Source: a bacterium (GTDB lineage: Bacteria > SAR324 > NAC60-12). From it: a stretch of DNA of 64,000 nt. Position 1 is the stretch's first letter. Each line of letters opens with the position of its first letter. Where the stretch lies: contig CBDBHR010000030.1 in assembly GCA_965205865.1 (NCBI GenBank), forward strand, positions 832,001 through 896,000. Reading direction: 5' to 3'. A program made the translations under genes and the position numbers. The notes beneath the pieces were generated by a model. It made no database searches, was not told the origin of the DNA, and saw only the letters and a list, made by a program, of their open reading frames with translations. Positions 32,581 to 43,417 of the stretch are shown here, piece by piece.

Positions 32581-32830
32581 CATCCGGACTATTTTTTGGA
32601 TCAGAATGGGTCTTTTTTGAGGAAAATGAGCGTTTGGAAACCGAGCCCTCCTATTTATATAACACACCCAGAGCCAAAATATCACCAAAAAAATCAAATT
32701 TTCTCAAAAATCTCCTGAAATCGCTCTCTGGCTTGGAAACCGAGCCCTTCTATTTACATAACGTACCAAGAGCCAGAATCTGACAAAAAAAATCAAATTT
32801 TCTCAAAAATTCCCCGAAATCGCTCTCTGG
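32581..32830 (-). repeat. Tandem promoter repeats (1 full plus 1 partial unit)
   Basis: Same unit as 23822-24125. Confidence 0.9.
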
Positions 32831-33397
32831 CGCGGTGCAACTGTTGGGCGATCATATCCTTTTCGGTCTTGGTCAGTTCCTTTCTAGGAAGCGCCAACTT
32901 CTCGGCGGCAAGGGCTTCAAGGGACAGCCCGTCCCAATAGCAGCGGCGCAGCAGCCGAGCGGTCTGGGGATGCTCGTCTTCCAGTTGTCTCAGGGCCCCT
33001 CTGCCCGCTCAATCTTCTCTTCCTGCAATTCCGCCGACTGGGCCTGCCACCAGGCCTGCATAGAGCGCAGGTCATCCACCTCTTCCGGGGCAGCGAGTTC
33101 CGGCTGCCGTTTGTCACGTCTGATTTGGTCCAGCAGATGATTCTGAACGACTCTGTACAGCCAACCCAGGAAGGCTTTATCGGCCTCGCCTTGGAATTTC
33201 TCCAGCTTGCTCTCCCACAAATCCTTCCAGATTTCCTGAACCACCTCATCCGCCTGATGGAGGCTCCGATACTTGCCAATCAGCGATTGGGCAGTGTGGA
33301 CGATATATGCCCTGTAGTGTTGGTACAACTCCTCAAAAGCGTCTTCCTTCCCTTGAACGGACCCCTCCAGCAGTTCCCGCAATGGTTTCCGGTTCAT
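32793..33397 (-). pseudogene. ECF-type sigma factor with 1-bp frameshift
   Basis: 605 bp versus 606 bp in intact copies; deletion near 33000. Confidence 0.8.
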
Positions 33398-33524
33398 CGT
33401 TGGACTCGGTTTTGATTTTCAGCCAAGAACGCCCAAGAACAGCCTCAATATAGGAAAAGCAAGAGGGAAACGCAAGGTGGAAACGCAAGGTGGGGAAAAC
33501 TGGCCTCGCCATGGAAACCGTTTG

Positions 33525-33745
33525 CAACTGATTTGGAGTCCTTTTTGTTCTAATTGTTCGGCGACTGTCATAAGAACCTCGTGAGCCTCTTCATAGCTGA
33601 GCAGGTTTTTCACTTGCTGAACCACTTCCTCTTCTTTGAGGTGGGAACTGGCTTTGAATAAATAGTAGAGTACCTCCTCAAGATTCCGCAAACCACTGCC
33701 TTCTTCAAATAGTTTTTCAAACAAAGGCCAGATGACCGTGGCTAA
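33525..33745 (-). pseudogene. Rpn/YhgA-like C-terminal fragment (copies at 52070-52140 and 56550-56775)
   Basis: LEEVLYYLF...EVLMTVAEQLEQKG. Confidence 0.65.
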
Positions 33746-33807
33746 TTGAATGAAAGGTGGCTACGCGCCATGGGCCTTCACCAGTCCCGTTCTAGAGAAG
33801 CTGGTCA

Positions 33808-33932
33808 TCACCCAAGGAGGGGTTCGCTCCATAAAAATCTTTTCAAGTGACGAGGATCGCAGAGAGTATCTCTCTCTGCTCAACGCGCATGGAGAAAAAG
33901 AAAGATAAAAATTAGTAACTGTCCCCGGATTT
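33808..33932 (+). mobile_element. Right half of the RAYT-derived MITE
   Basis: Identical to 52300-52424. Confidence 0.85.
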
Positions 33933-33934
33933 TT

Positions 33935-34610
33935 AGTCGTCGGTCTGTCAGCGACTATGCTTATTGTTGTCGTTGCTGTTCTGATAGGCGGCATTTCAGG
34001 GTTCATTGGCGGCAAACCGGACCTGGTGGTGCAGCGCTTTGTCGATGCCTGGATGGCTTTTCCAGGACTGCTGCTCTTGTTAACGATTATGTCCATAGCG
34101 GGGCAAGGTCTGTTACAGATAATACTGGTCCTGGGGATAGCAGGGGGCATCGGCAGCTCAAGAGTAGCCCGAGGCGCCGTGATCGGCATTAAGGAGAATG
34201 ACTATTTTCTGGCAGCTCGGGCCGTGGGTACACCGACCAGCCAAATCCTCAACCACCATGTGCTGCCCAATTTTATGGCACCCGTCATCATTATCTTCTC
34301 CATTAACATCGGGGGGGTGATTATGTCTTTGGCTTCTCTGGGCTTCCTCGGATACGGTCTGCCACCCAGCATTCCTGACTGGGGAGGCATGCTCAGCCGG
34401 GAAGGGCGCCGGTACATGGAGCAGGCTCCCTGGCTGGCGCTCTGGCCGGGGCTTAGCCTGACGATTGTCGTCTACTCCTTCAACATGTTCGGAGATGCCC
34501 TCAGGGACCTGCTCGATCCGCGGCTGCGGGGTGGTGAGGGCAGTTATGGCGCAACGGCGAAACGCAAACGAGGTCTCCTGGCCCGACTGATCAACCCGTT
34601 CAACGAGTAA
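33935..34610 (+). pseudogene. dppC lacking its 5' third
   Basis: Begins immediately after the MITE end. Confidence 0.85.
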
Positions 34611-34674
34611 GCGCACCAAAAGAACCTGTCCCTGTTACAGACGTGGTTGTCGTGAGAAACCAGAGAAAAAGAGC

Positions 34675-35565
34675 TTAAACATCTGGATCAATTCCTGCTT
34701 TTTTCAAGATTTCTCTGAGATGTTTTTCTTTAGCTTCCGCCTCTTCCTTATCTTGCACCGCCTCTTCCTCTCTCCGCAGGGCTTCTTCCTTAACTTGCAC
34801 CGCCTCTTCCTCCCTCCGCAGAGCCTCTTGTTTATCTCGTAGAGCCTCTTCTTTGTCTTGTAGGGCATCTTCTAAAAGTTGTTGCCTTGTTTGTTCTTCA
34901 CGGATGGCATTTTGACGGGCTTGGTATAAATGATAATTCGCTTCTTTTTCTGAAAATCTCTCCAGGACTGCCATGGCTTGCCTCATTTCAGGGGTGTTGA
35001 TGATTTCAGGTAATTCCTCCCAATGCTCAGCTTCTTTAAAAAAATATAACCATTGATCTTCTGTTTTCAAGGTCTCGGAATACCGCCATTTTTCCAATTC
35101 CAAAACATGGACTGAGCAATGCTCCGATAATCGTTTTTGGTTCTCTTGATCCACCAGTTGGAAGTGATGATGAAATGCCGGACTCTCAGGAATCAGGTTT
35201 TCAGTCAACATCCAAATGGAGATAACCGGACGTAATTCTGAGAATGGCTCCCCGCTTTGTAACTGGGACTGATAGATATCACTCCACGTATAGAGAATCC
35301 TCTCCGGCAAATAGGAAAAAACCGCCAATTGAATTTCTATCTGATAGGCCGTCCCTTTTTCATCTTTGGCTTTCACATCGACAATCGTCAACTTGTCCGA
35401 ATAAAACTCGCGTTCATTGTAGGGGTTGAGGATTTCGACATCCGAGATGGGAAACTGGGCTGCCAGGACACCGTTGAGGAAATCAATCAGTAAGTTCTCA
35501 TTTTCCTCTGCCCCCAAAATGGCCTTGTAGACACAATCGACTGTCGGAGAAATGCGATGTTTCAC
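34675..35565 (-). CDS. Rpn-family PD-(D/E)XK nuclease / putative transposase
   Basis: D..YKAILG, DVKAKD...QIEIQ; C-terminal EEALRREEEAVQxK repeats; GAGGAG RBS before GTG at 35565. Confidence 0.88.
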   Translation of the reverse strand: MKHRISPTVDCVYKAILGAEENENLLIDFLNGVLAAQFPISDVEILNPYNEREFYSDKLTIVDVKAKDEKGTAYQIEIQLAVFSYLPERILYTWSDIYQSQLQSGEPFSELRPVISIWMLTENLIPESPAFHHHFQLVDQENQKRLSEHCSVHVLELEKWRYSETLKTEDQWLYFFKEAEHWEELPEIINTPEMRQAMAVLERFSEKEANYHLYQARQNAIREEQTRQQLLEDALQDKEEALRDKQEALRREEEAVQVKEEALRREEEAVQDKEEAEAKEKHLREILKKAGIDPDV

Positions 35566-36086
35566 AATGATACTCCTCAAAGAAGGGAACAAGAGAGCAC
35601 TTGTTTTCAATCAGTATATCAAAGCGTTTGGGCATGACAAGCCTCAATATCCTCTACCTTCAAATTCGGAAAATCATCAATGATTTCATCAGCGTTATCG
35701 CCACTGGCTCTCTGAAGGCAACATCTTGGTAGATTTTCCCGCAATCCCTTGAAAAATCAAGGGAGTCTCCGGTCATAAAGGAACCGAACCGACAAACTCC
35801 TCGAGAAAAAGATATTGGCCTTCTTCCAAAAGAGGAAAGTTTTAAGCAGAGCAGAACTGAAAGAGTTTTCCCGGTTATCTCAGCGGACCCTCGAAACGCG
35901 TGCCGAATGGGCATCAGTCCTTGAAATGATTCGCTCTGCATCCCCTGCTTTTCGTTCCGGGAAGGGCAGGATTGCCCCTTATTTTCAAGGACTGACACAG
36001 AGAGCAGCGAGGATCAAGTCCTGGATGAGACAAGCACTCGTCACTGAGAAGTTAAGAGGAGCAAAAAAGCTGTTTTTTCTTCCGCG

Positions 36087-36290
36087 TCAAGTATCGTTTT
36101 TGACTCCAATCCATTCCCTCGCGTTCATCCCACCGCCAGTGACGAGACAATGAATATGAGGATGAAGCTGAAGGGTTTTGGTCCAGGTGTGAAGGGTGGC
36201 GATGATTCCCGGTTTGGCTCCCAGGTACTTGGCATCTTCCAATAGTTCAAAGAGCGTCTCACGAGCACAGTCAAAGAGAATCTTACCCAT
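36087..36290 (-). pseudogene. IS91-family transposase fragment (copy 2)
   Basis: Identical peptide to 19563-19766. Confidence 0.8.
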
Positions 36291-36326
36291 GATTTTTTGG
36301 CGCGTCGCGTAATAATAAAAGTAAAT

Positions 36327-36389
36327 TGGTGGAGGTGGCGGGAACGGTCCGCCGCTGCGACGGTCCGTCGTTACGGTCGAACCCGCGTC
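36327..36389 (-). other. tmRNA 3'-end att-like fragment with T-loop insert (copy 2)
   Basis: GACGCGGGTTCGA-[32 bp]-TTCCCGCCACCTCCACCA. Confidence 0.78.
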
Positions 36390-36483
36390 AATCCCTTGAT
36401 TAACAAGGTTTTGCAGGGGGTTTTAATCATTTGCTAATCCTTGGTTATTGGCTTTGGCGGCCTCATAGATGAGGGAGAGCCTC

Positions 36484-37452
36484 CTAAGAAAAGGGGTTGA
36501 TCAGTCGGGCGAGGAATCCTCGTTTGCGTTTCATCTTCGCAGTGCCGTAACTGCCCTGACCTCCCCGCAGCCTGGGGTCAAGCAGGTCCCTCACCGCATC
36601 GCCGAACATGTTCAGACTGTAAACGGTAATAGTCAGGGCAAGGCCGGGCCAGAGCGCCAGCCAGGGGGCCATCTCCATGAACTCCCGCCCTTCCCGGCTG
36701 AGCATCCCTCCCCAGCTGGGAACCTTGAGGGGCAGCCCGAATCCGAGGAAGCTCAGCGATGCCTCGGCAATGATGACCCCGCCAATGTTGATCGAGAAGA
36801 CGATGATGATCGGCGGCATAATATTGGGCAGGACATGGCGGGTCAGGATATGGCGCGTGGGGGTGCCCACAGCCCTGGTTGCCAGAAAATAGTCATTCTC
36901 TTTAATACCCACCACGGCGCCACGGATGACTCGGGAGCCGCCAATACCTCCGGCGATCCCCAGGACCACGATGATCTGGAGGAGCCCCTGTCCCACGATG
37001 GACATGATGGTTAACAACAGGAGCAGACCCGGAAAAGCCATCCAGGCATCGACAAATCTCTGCACCGCCAGGTCCAATTTGCCACCAATGAATCCTGAAG
37101 TGCCGCCGATCAGGACCGCCACCACCACATTAACAGCGGTCGCTGACAGACCGACGACTATCGAAAGACGAGCCCCGACGATCAGGCGGCTCAGGAGGTC
37201 TCTCCCCAACTGGTCGGTACCCAGGAGATACCGGGCTGAGGAGCCAGTCAGCCGGTCTGCCAGGTGCATTTCCCAATATGGATAAGGAGCCAGAACATTG
37301 GCAAAGATCGCCACCAAAATGAAGAGCAAGACGATGATTCCGCAGAACGTCCCCAGTGGCTTCTCCCTCCACAGCCTGGTAAAGAAATCAGCCAGCCCGG
37401 CACGTCTCTTTGGCTCACTTTCTGCTGATGATATCCCTGTGGCATCACTCAT
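36484..37452 (-). CDS. DppC-like permease
   Basis: Full-length paralog. Confidence 0.92.
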   Translation of the reverse strand: MSDATGISSAESEPKRRAGLADFFTRLWREKPLGTFCGIIVLLFILVAIFANVLAPYPYWEMHLADRLTGSSARYLLGTDQLGRDLLSRLIVGARLSIVVGLSATAVNVVVAVLIGGTSGFIGGKLDLAVQRFVDAWMAFPGLLLLLTIMSIVGQGLLQIIVVLGIAGGIGGSRVIRGAVVGIKENDYFLATRAVGTPTRHILTRHVLPNIMPPIIIVFSINIGGVIIAEASLSFLGFGLPLKVPSWGGMLSREGREFMEMAPWLALWPGLALTITVYSLNMFGDAVRDLLDPRLRGGQGSYGTAKMKRKRGFLARLINPFS

Positions 37453-37555
37453 AGTTTAGGTATTTAGGATGAAGGCTTTTAGGTATAAGGTATTAGGTGT
37501 CAGCTTTGCGCTAATACCTGAAACCTAACACCTAATACCTTTGTCGCGCCAGCGA

Positions 37556-38521
37556 CTATTTATACCGAACCCTGGGGTCTAAGTACGGATAAATCAGGTC
37601 GATCATAAGATTGATCAGCACCACCCCGGTGGCGAAAAACAGGTTTACTCCGGAGACTACCGGGTAGTCTCTGTCTTTGAGGGCATCCAGCATGAGCTGA
37701 CCGATCCCCGGCAGGTTGAAGATGTTCTCCATGATCACGGCGCCCCCGACCAGCAGAGGCAACTGCAGGCCGATCAGGGACACTACCGGGATGAGGGCGT
37801 TCTTGAGGGTGTGCCGGATCACCACGACCCGCTCCCTGAGCCCCTTGGACCAGGCGGTGCGGATATAGTCCTGCCTGAGCACCTCAAGCATCATGGTACG
37901 CATCATCCGCATGGTGGCGGCAGAGGAGGCTGTTCCCAGGATCAGGCTAGGAATGATGAGAATCCCGAGATTCCCCAGCAGGTCTTCCGTGAAAGGAACC
38001 CACCGCATCGGTGGCGCCCAGCCCCACCAGATGGCCGGATAGATCATGACCATAATTGCCAGCCAGAAGTTGGGCGTTGCCATGCCGATGATGGCAACAG
38101 TGCGCCCCACGTAGTCGGCGGCCGTATCCTGGCGAATCGCCGAGTAGATGCCGACCGGCAGGGCTATCAAGAGCCCGATTACGATTGCCATGACGCCAAG
38201 CTCAATGGTTACTGGCAATCTACCTAATATCTTCTCCTCTACCGTCCAAGCGCCAACCAGCGACTCGCCCAGGGTGCCGTGCAGGAAGATGCCTCCTATC
38301 CAGCGTCCATACTGCACGTAGACAGGCACATCTAATCCCAGCATCCGCTCAAGAGTTTCACGGTCAATCTGACCCGTCGCGGAACCCATACTCGCCATCT
38401 TACCCAGCATGGCGTCGATGACGTCGCCCGGAATGAAGCGGACCGAGAGAAAGACCAGGATGGTTAATATAAACAAGGTGGGGATTATCAGCAATAACCG
38501 CCTGATGATATAGGCTCTCAT
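37556..38521 (-). CDS. DppB-like permease
   Basis: MRAYIIRR start at 38521. Confidence 0.93.
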   Translation of the reverse strand: MRAYIIRRLLLIIPTLFILTILVFLSVRFIPGDVIDAMLGKMASMGSATGQIDRETLERMLGLDVPVYVQYGRWIGGIFLHGTLGESLVGAWTVEEKILGRLPVTIELGVMAIVIGLLIALPVGIYSAIRQDTAADYVGRTVAIIGMATPNFWLAIMVMIYPAIWWGWAPPMRWVPFTEDLLGNLGILIIPSLILGTASSAATMRMMRTMMLEVLRQDYIRTAWSKGLRERVVVIRHTLKNALIPVVSLIGLQLPLLVGGAVIMENIFNLPGIGQLMLDALKDRDYPVVSGVNLFFATGVVLINLMIDLIYPYLDPRVRYK

Positions 38522-38549
38522 GTGACACACCTCATTGCGATTTCACCCG

Positions 38550-39360
38550 TCATTGCCAACCTTCTTTTGTCATTGCGAGCCCTTCCACTGAAGGGCGTGG
38601 CAATCTGGTCGCCCTCTTTCCCCTGTCATTGCGGTGAAAACCGCAATCCACCTTCCACGTCATTGCCACCCCTCTCTCGTCATTCCCATTTCCCCCGTCA
38701 TTGCGGTGAAAAACCTGCCCCGGACTGGATCCGGGGCCGGAATCCACCTTCCACGTCATTCCCACCCCTCTTTCGTCATTCCCATTTCCCCCGTCATTGC
38801 GGTGAAAAACCTGCCCCGGACTGGATCCGGGGCCGCAATCCACTTAGACAATCTCATCATACAAGTCCCGCCATGTCGGATTAACCTTCTCAATCAACTC
38901 AAGCTTCCATTCTCGCTTCCATTCCTTAATCGCCTTCTCGCGTGCGATAGCGCTCTCCATTGATTCATGACCCTCAAACCAGACGAGCGTGTGTACATCG
39001 TAACGCTTTGTGAATCCCTCCACGAAGTCGTTCTTATGCTGCCAGATCCGCTGCACGAGATTCGATGTCACCCCGAGGTACAGCGTGCCATTGCGCTTGC
39101 TCGCAAGAATGTAGACACATGGCAGCTTCATCTCTGGTTCTAATCTGCGCAGTACAATTTTCGGGTCTGCATAACCTTAACCCCAATGCAGAGCAGTCGC
39201 CTCACCGAAGGCTTGGGGAGGAAATCCCTCGTTTGGGTGACTTCGCCAACCTTCTGGATTCCGGCTTCCGCCGGAATGACGGGGAAGAAGGACGAGATTG
39301 CTTCGGCACTTTGTGCCTCGCAATGACAGTTAAGGAGGGACTCCTCACAATGACAGTGAG
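38550..39360. repeat. GTCATT-type REP array enclosing a GIY-YIG gene
   Basis: Many GTCATTGCG/GTCATTCCC units on the left, inverted (GGAATGAC, CAATGAC) on the right; ~95-bp tandem duplication at 38645-38845. Confidence 0.8.
38844..39131 (-). CDS. GIY-YIG nuclease (UPF0213-like)
   Basis: VYILASKRNGTLYLGVT, AIAREKAIKEWKREWK, NPTWRDL. Confidence 0.92.
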   Translation of the reverse strand: MKLPCVYILASKRNGTLYLGVTSNLVQRIWQHKNDFVEGFTKRYDVHTLVWFEGHESMESAIAREKAIKEWKREWKLELIEKVNPTWRDLYDEIV

Positions 39361-39460
39361 AAAGCGCCCCTCTCATTATTTGAGGAGTATCGGGAGCCAG
39401 GAGGTTTGAACCCCCCAGCTCCCTTCTTCCCTGAGCTAAGCCACAAGAGGTGAAAAACCC

Positions 39461-41287
39461 CTAATAACCCATTGCTTCCTTCAGCTCACTATCAATCCAG
39501 AGCCGTGAGAACATCGCGGTTCTGTCCATGCCTCCCATGCTTAGCTCCCCGTTATAGCCTTTGACCCACGACTGGTGGGCCATAAAGTGCGGGACCCTTC
39601 CGCCCCACAGGATCCAGTGGTTTGCCGCGACATACTGATCTGCCTCTCTGACCCACCGCTTGTATTCATCGAGGGTGGTGGCCTCTTGCGTCGCTGCCCA
39701 CAAACGGTCCATCTCGGGGTCCTGCACGCCGGTGGGGTTAAACGCGTTGGTCGAGACAAACTGCAGCAGCGCGAGGGGGCCGTAGTCGAAGGCTGAGACG
39801 TAGCTGGCAATATGTTCGTACTCGTTCTCACGAATAAGATAATCCACCTGGGCCGTACCCGGAGTGAGGACCGTGACCTCCACGCCAATCTCACCGAAAT
39901 GCTGTGCCGCCAGTTCGAAGAAGTTCAGATCCATCCAATCAGTCACCATGAGGTTGGTTGAGAATCGAATGCCGTCCGCCCCGCGTGGATATCCGGCTTC
40001 ATCGAGCAGGCGCTCGGCCCTCTCTGGATCATAGGTGTAGTATTGCTTCACCTCCTCCGGCCACTCTTCGAATGGCGTGACATAGCCGACCAAATTGGCC
40101 CCGACGAATCCCTGCGGTGTGATGTCCACCCAGCCCTGCCAGACGGTTGCGTTGATCGTCTCCAGGTCGAGCGCCAGCTGCAGCGCATGACGCACCCTGA
40201 TGTCGTTCATCGGTGGCTTTGTCTGATTGAGAGCGAACGACGTCTCCGAACGGTGCGAGTATGGCCATAGCACGATTTCGGGGTTGGTTTGCTGGAGCCT
40301 CTCTGCCTGGTCGATGGTGCGGATCTGCGAGTCGCCAAAAGAGCCGAGGAGGTCGACCTGACCCGAGCGCAGCGCCGCCAGTTGTGTTGCCGAATCGGTG
40401 ATGACCAGAGCCACCACCTTGTCGACATACGGCAAGCGGTTCTGCGGGTATTTTTCGTCGTAGCCCCAGTAGTCGGGATTCTTGCTCCACGTAATAGAGC
40501 TGCCCTCGACCCAGTCGGTCAGCATCAGCGGTCCGGTGCCGACCAGGTTGCGCCAGTCCGTCACGTCGCCGTGAGCCTCGATTACCTCGGGCGGATATAC
40601 GTAGACGGAGTGGTCGGTAAGCATAGTCCTGAGGGCATCGAAGTTCACCTTGCTCAGTCGAAAGACAACGGTTGATCCTTCGGCGGTTACCGATTCGATG
40701 CCAATATCGTCGATGAAACTCCAGGCGGCTCCTTCGGGCTTCTCGGTGAAACCGCTGCCCAGACCCAACATACGGTGAAAGTTGTATTCGACATCCTTGG
40801 CAGTTAGCTTGCGACCGTTCATCGGCGCCTTATTGTGCCAGCGAACACCGTCACGGATGTGGAAGGTATAGGTGAGGCCGTCCGGGGAAATATCCCAGCT
40901 TTCAGCTAGGTGCCCTCTTAGGGCAAATTCAGGCTTCCACGATGTTCTCAAGTCAAATACGTCCCTATCTATTGCCCAGTCCAGGATGCCGAGCTTCTCT
41001 ACCACACCGGAGCTGGCGGCCGCATTGAAGTGTTTTAACCCGGTGTCGGGGTTCGCCGGCTCAACTTGCATCGCGTAGGTGATTGTCCCGCCATACTCTG
41101 GCGCGCTCACTACTTTTCCAGTGGTGGGATCCGTCACATACTTCTTCTCAGCAGCAGCCGCCGGGCTGACCCAGAGGGTCGCGCCCAGAATGAAAGCCAG
41201 CAGCACCGAGAGGAGTTTCATGGCAGACCTGGGGCCTGCCGGGTTCAGCCCCACGAAGGAGGCGACAAGTTTTTTTATAATACTCAT
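39461..41287 (-). CDS. Family-5 SBP with constant leader
   Basis: MSIIKK start; SBP family-5 motifs. Confidence 0.9.
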   Translation of the reverse strand: MSIIKKLVASFVGLNPAGPRSAMKLLSVLLAFILGATLWVSPAAAAEKKYVTDPTTGKVVSAPEYGGTITYAMQVEPANPDTGLKHFNAAASSGVVEKLGILDWAIDRDVFDLRTSWKPEFALRGHLAESWDISPDGLTYTFHIRDGVRWHNKAPMNGRKLTAKDVEYNFHRMLGLGSGFTEKPEGAAWSFIDDIGIESVTAEGSTVVFRLSKVNFDALRTMLTDHSVYVYPPEVIEAHGDVTDWRNLVGTGPLMLTDWVEGSSITWSKNPDYWGYDEKYPQNRLPYVDKVVALVITDSATQLAALRSGQVDLLGSFGDSQIRTIDQAERLQQTNPEIVLWPYSHRSETSFALNQTKPPMNDIRVRHALQLALDLETINATVWQGWVDITPQGFVGANLVGYVTPFEEWPEEVKQYYTYDPERAERLLDEAGYPRGADGIRFSTNLMVTDWMDLNFFELAAQHFGEIGVEVTVLTPGTAQVDYLIRENEYEHIASYVSAFDYGPLALLQFVSTNAFNPTGVQDPEMDRLWAATQEATTLDEYKRWVREADQYVAANHWILWGGRVPHFMAHQSWVKGYNGELSMGGMDRTAMFSRLWIDSELKEAMGY

Positions 41288-41419
41288 AATAACCTCTTTT
41301 ATTTGAGGGTTTTGAGAATGATTCACCCGCTGTGGAGCGAATCGGAGTTTCGTGGCGGGCACGGCGTCTGCCACAGGGAACTCTCTGCAGAGGGCGAAAA
41401 GTTTCTTCGCGAGCATCTT

Positions 41420-41720
41420 CATCCGGACTATTTTTTTGACCAGAATGGGTCTTTTTTGAGGAAAATGAGCGTTTGGAAACCGAGCCCTTCTATTTATATA
41501 ACGTACCAAGAGCCAGAATCTGACAAAAAAAATCAAATTTTCTCAAAAATCTCCTGAAATCGCTCTCTGTCATCCGGACTATTTTTTTGACCAGAATGGG
41601 TCTTTTTTGAGGAAAATGAGCGTTTGGAAACCGAGCCCTTCTATTTATATAACGTACCAAGAGCCAGAATCTGACAAAAAAAATCAAATTTTCTCAAAAA
41701 TTCCCCGAAATCGCTCTCTG
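41420..41720 (-). repeat. Tandem promoter repeats (2 units, 151-bp period)
   Basis: CATCCGGACTA at 41420 and 41571. Confidence 0.92.
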
Positions 41721-42601
41721 GCGCGGTGCAACTGTTGGGAGATCATATCCTTTTCGGTCTTGGTCAGTTCCTTTCTAGGAAGCGCCAACTCCTCGGCGGC
41801 AAGGGCTTGCAGGGACAGCCTGTCCCAATAGCAGCGGCGCAGCAGCCGAGCGGTCTGGGGATGCTCGTCTTCCAGTTGTCTCAGGGCCCCTCCTACCCGC
41901 TCAATCTTCTCTTCCTGCAATTCCGCCGACTGGGCCTCCCACCAGGCCTGCATAGAGCGCAGCTCATCCACCTCTTCCGGGGCAGCGACTTCCGGCTGCC
42001 GTTTGTCACGTCTGATTTGGTCCAGCAGATGATTCTGAACGACTCTGTACAGCCAACCCAGGAAGGCTTTATCGGCCTCGCCTTGGAATTTCTCCAGCTT
42101 GCTCTCCCACAAATCCTTCCAGATTTCCTGAACCACCTCATCCGCCTGATGGAGGCTCCGATACTTGCCAATCAGCGATTGGGCAGTGTGGAAGGTAAAG
42201 GTGAGGCCGTCCGGGGAAATATCCCAGCTTTCCACCAGACCCCCTGTTCTGGCAGAGTCAGGTATGTAAAAGGCTGTAAGGTCATATTCGTCCCTATCTA
42301 CTGCCCAGTTAAGATTGCCTAGCATCTCGCCAACTTGCTCGTTCAACTTCATCGTTGGATGCCCGAACCAGGCGTCAGAACCCGCAGGCTCGTTTCCTAA
42401 GCCCACGGTCAGTGTCCCACCATACTCTGGCGCGCTCACCACCTTACCCGTGGTTGGGTCGGTCACGTACTTCTTCTCCGCAGCGGCTGTCGGGCCGACC
42501 CAGAGGGCGGTCACGCCCAGGGTGAGGGCCAACAGCACCGAGAAGAGTTTCATCGAAGGCCTGGGGCCTGCCGGGTTCAGCCCCACTACAGAGGCAAACA
42601 T
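41684..42601 (-). pseudogene. In-frame chimera: SBP N-terminus fused to ECF sigma factor
   Basis: ...SPDGLTFTFH|TAQSLIGKY...; junction at TGTGGA microhomology 42187-42192. Confidence 0.85.
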
Positions 42602-42740
42602 TTACTGGTTTCAGCTTTTAATCTAAGAGTTTGATTAAATTCATGGATTACTCTAAAATTGAAAGGGTAGAGTCGAAAAAATCAGTTCTAGAATCTGTCA
42701 TTCATGCAGAGTCACTCTCCCCCTAATGAAAGGAACCAAG

Positions 42741-42944
42741 ATGCAATATACAGTAGATACTCAAATCAACGAAGGTCATTTAGAATTAAGTAATCTTCCA
42801 TTTGAAGATGGTTCAGCAGTGAAAGTGGTATTAATCCCGAAAGCATCTTTATCGAAGATGTTATTTCAAAAAGCTCAGGAACTCACCAAAAATATTGAAG
42901 GAAATCTTTCAGATGATATCACTGATGAAAGAGCAGAGAAATGA
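42741..42944 (+). CDS. Putative antitoxin upstream of PIN toxin
   Basis: Small ORF overlapping the toxin start (ATGA). Confidence 0.65.
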   Translation: MQYTVDTQINEGHLELSNLPFEDGSAVKVVLIPKASLSKMLFQKAQELTKNIEGNLSDDITDERAEK

Positions 42945-43417
42945 ATCTATTCTTAGACACTAGTGCCGTTATTAAACTTTATCATAAAGAGAATGGGTCT
43001 GAGGAACTTGTTGATATACTTCTTCAATATGAAGAGGATTTGGTTCTTACGATTTCTGATATATGTAAAATCGAATTTCATTCAGCCTTTTTAAGAAGAG
43101 TCAGAACAAAAGAAATAGATCGGGAAATTATTGAGCAGGTTTTCCAATATTTTGAGCAAGATTTGGCATTTTATCATATTGTGGAAGTCAACGACAAAGT
43201 AAAACAATCTGCGCTCAGCTTACTTGACGAAGTAGCTTGGGAAAAAGGTTTAAGAACATTGGATGCAATTCAATTAGCCTCAGCTCTGACTGCCCAAAAT
43301 TGGTTACCAATAGCCTATTTCATCAGCGCAGATCAAAAACTTCTCAAGATTGCTAAAGAACATTTTACAGTATTCGATCCAGAAACAAGAAAAACAGAAC
43401 AAGACGCTGGAGCTTAG
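42941..43417 (+). CDS. vapC: VapC/PIN-domain toxin
   Basis: FLDTSAVIKLY, LRTLDAIQLASA, SADQKL. Confidence 0.88.
   Translation: MNLFLDTSAVIKLYHKENGSEELVDILLQYEEDLVLTISDICKIEFHSAFLRRVRTKEIDREIIEQVFQYFEQDLAFYHIVEVNDKVKQSALSLLDEVAWEKGLRTLDAIQLASALTAQNWLPIAYFISADQKLLKIAKEHFTVFDPETRKTEQDAGA

Noticed and set aside
35640-36068. Short ORFs between Rpn and the IS91 fragment
   Set aside because: They look like gene scraps (possibly PIN or winged-helix) but have no motif I can support.
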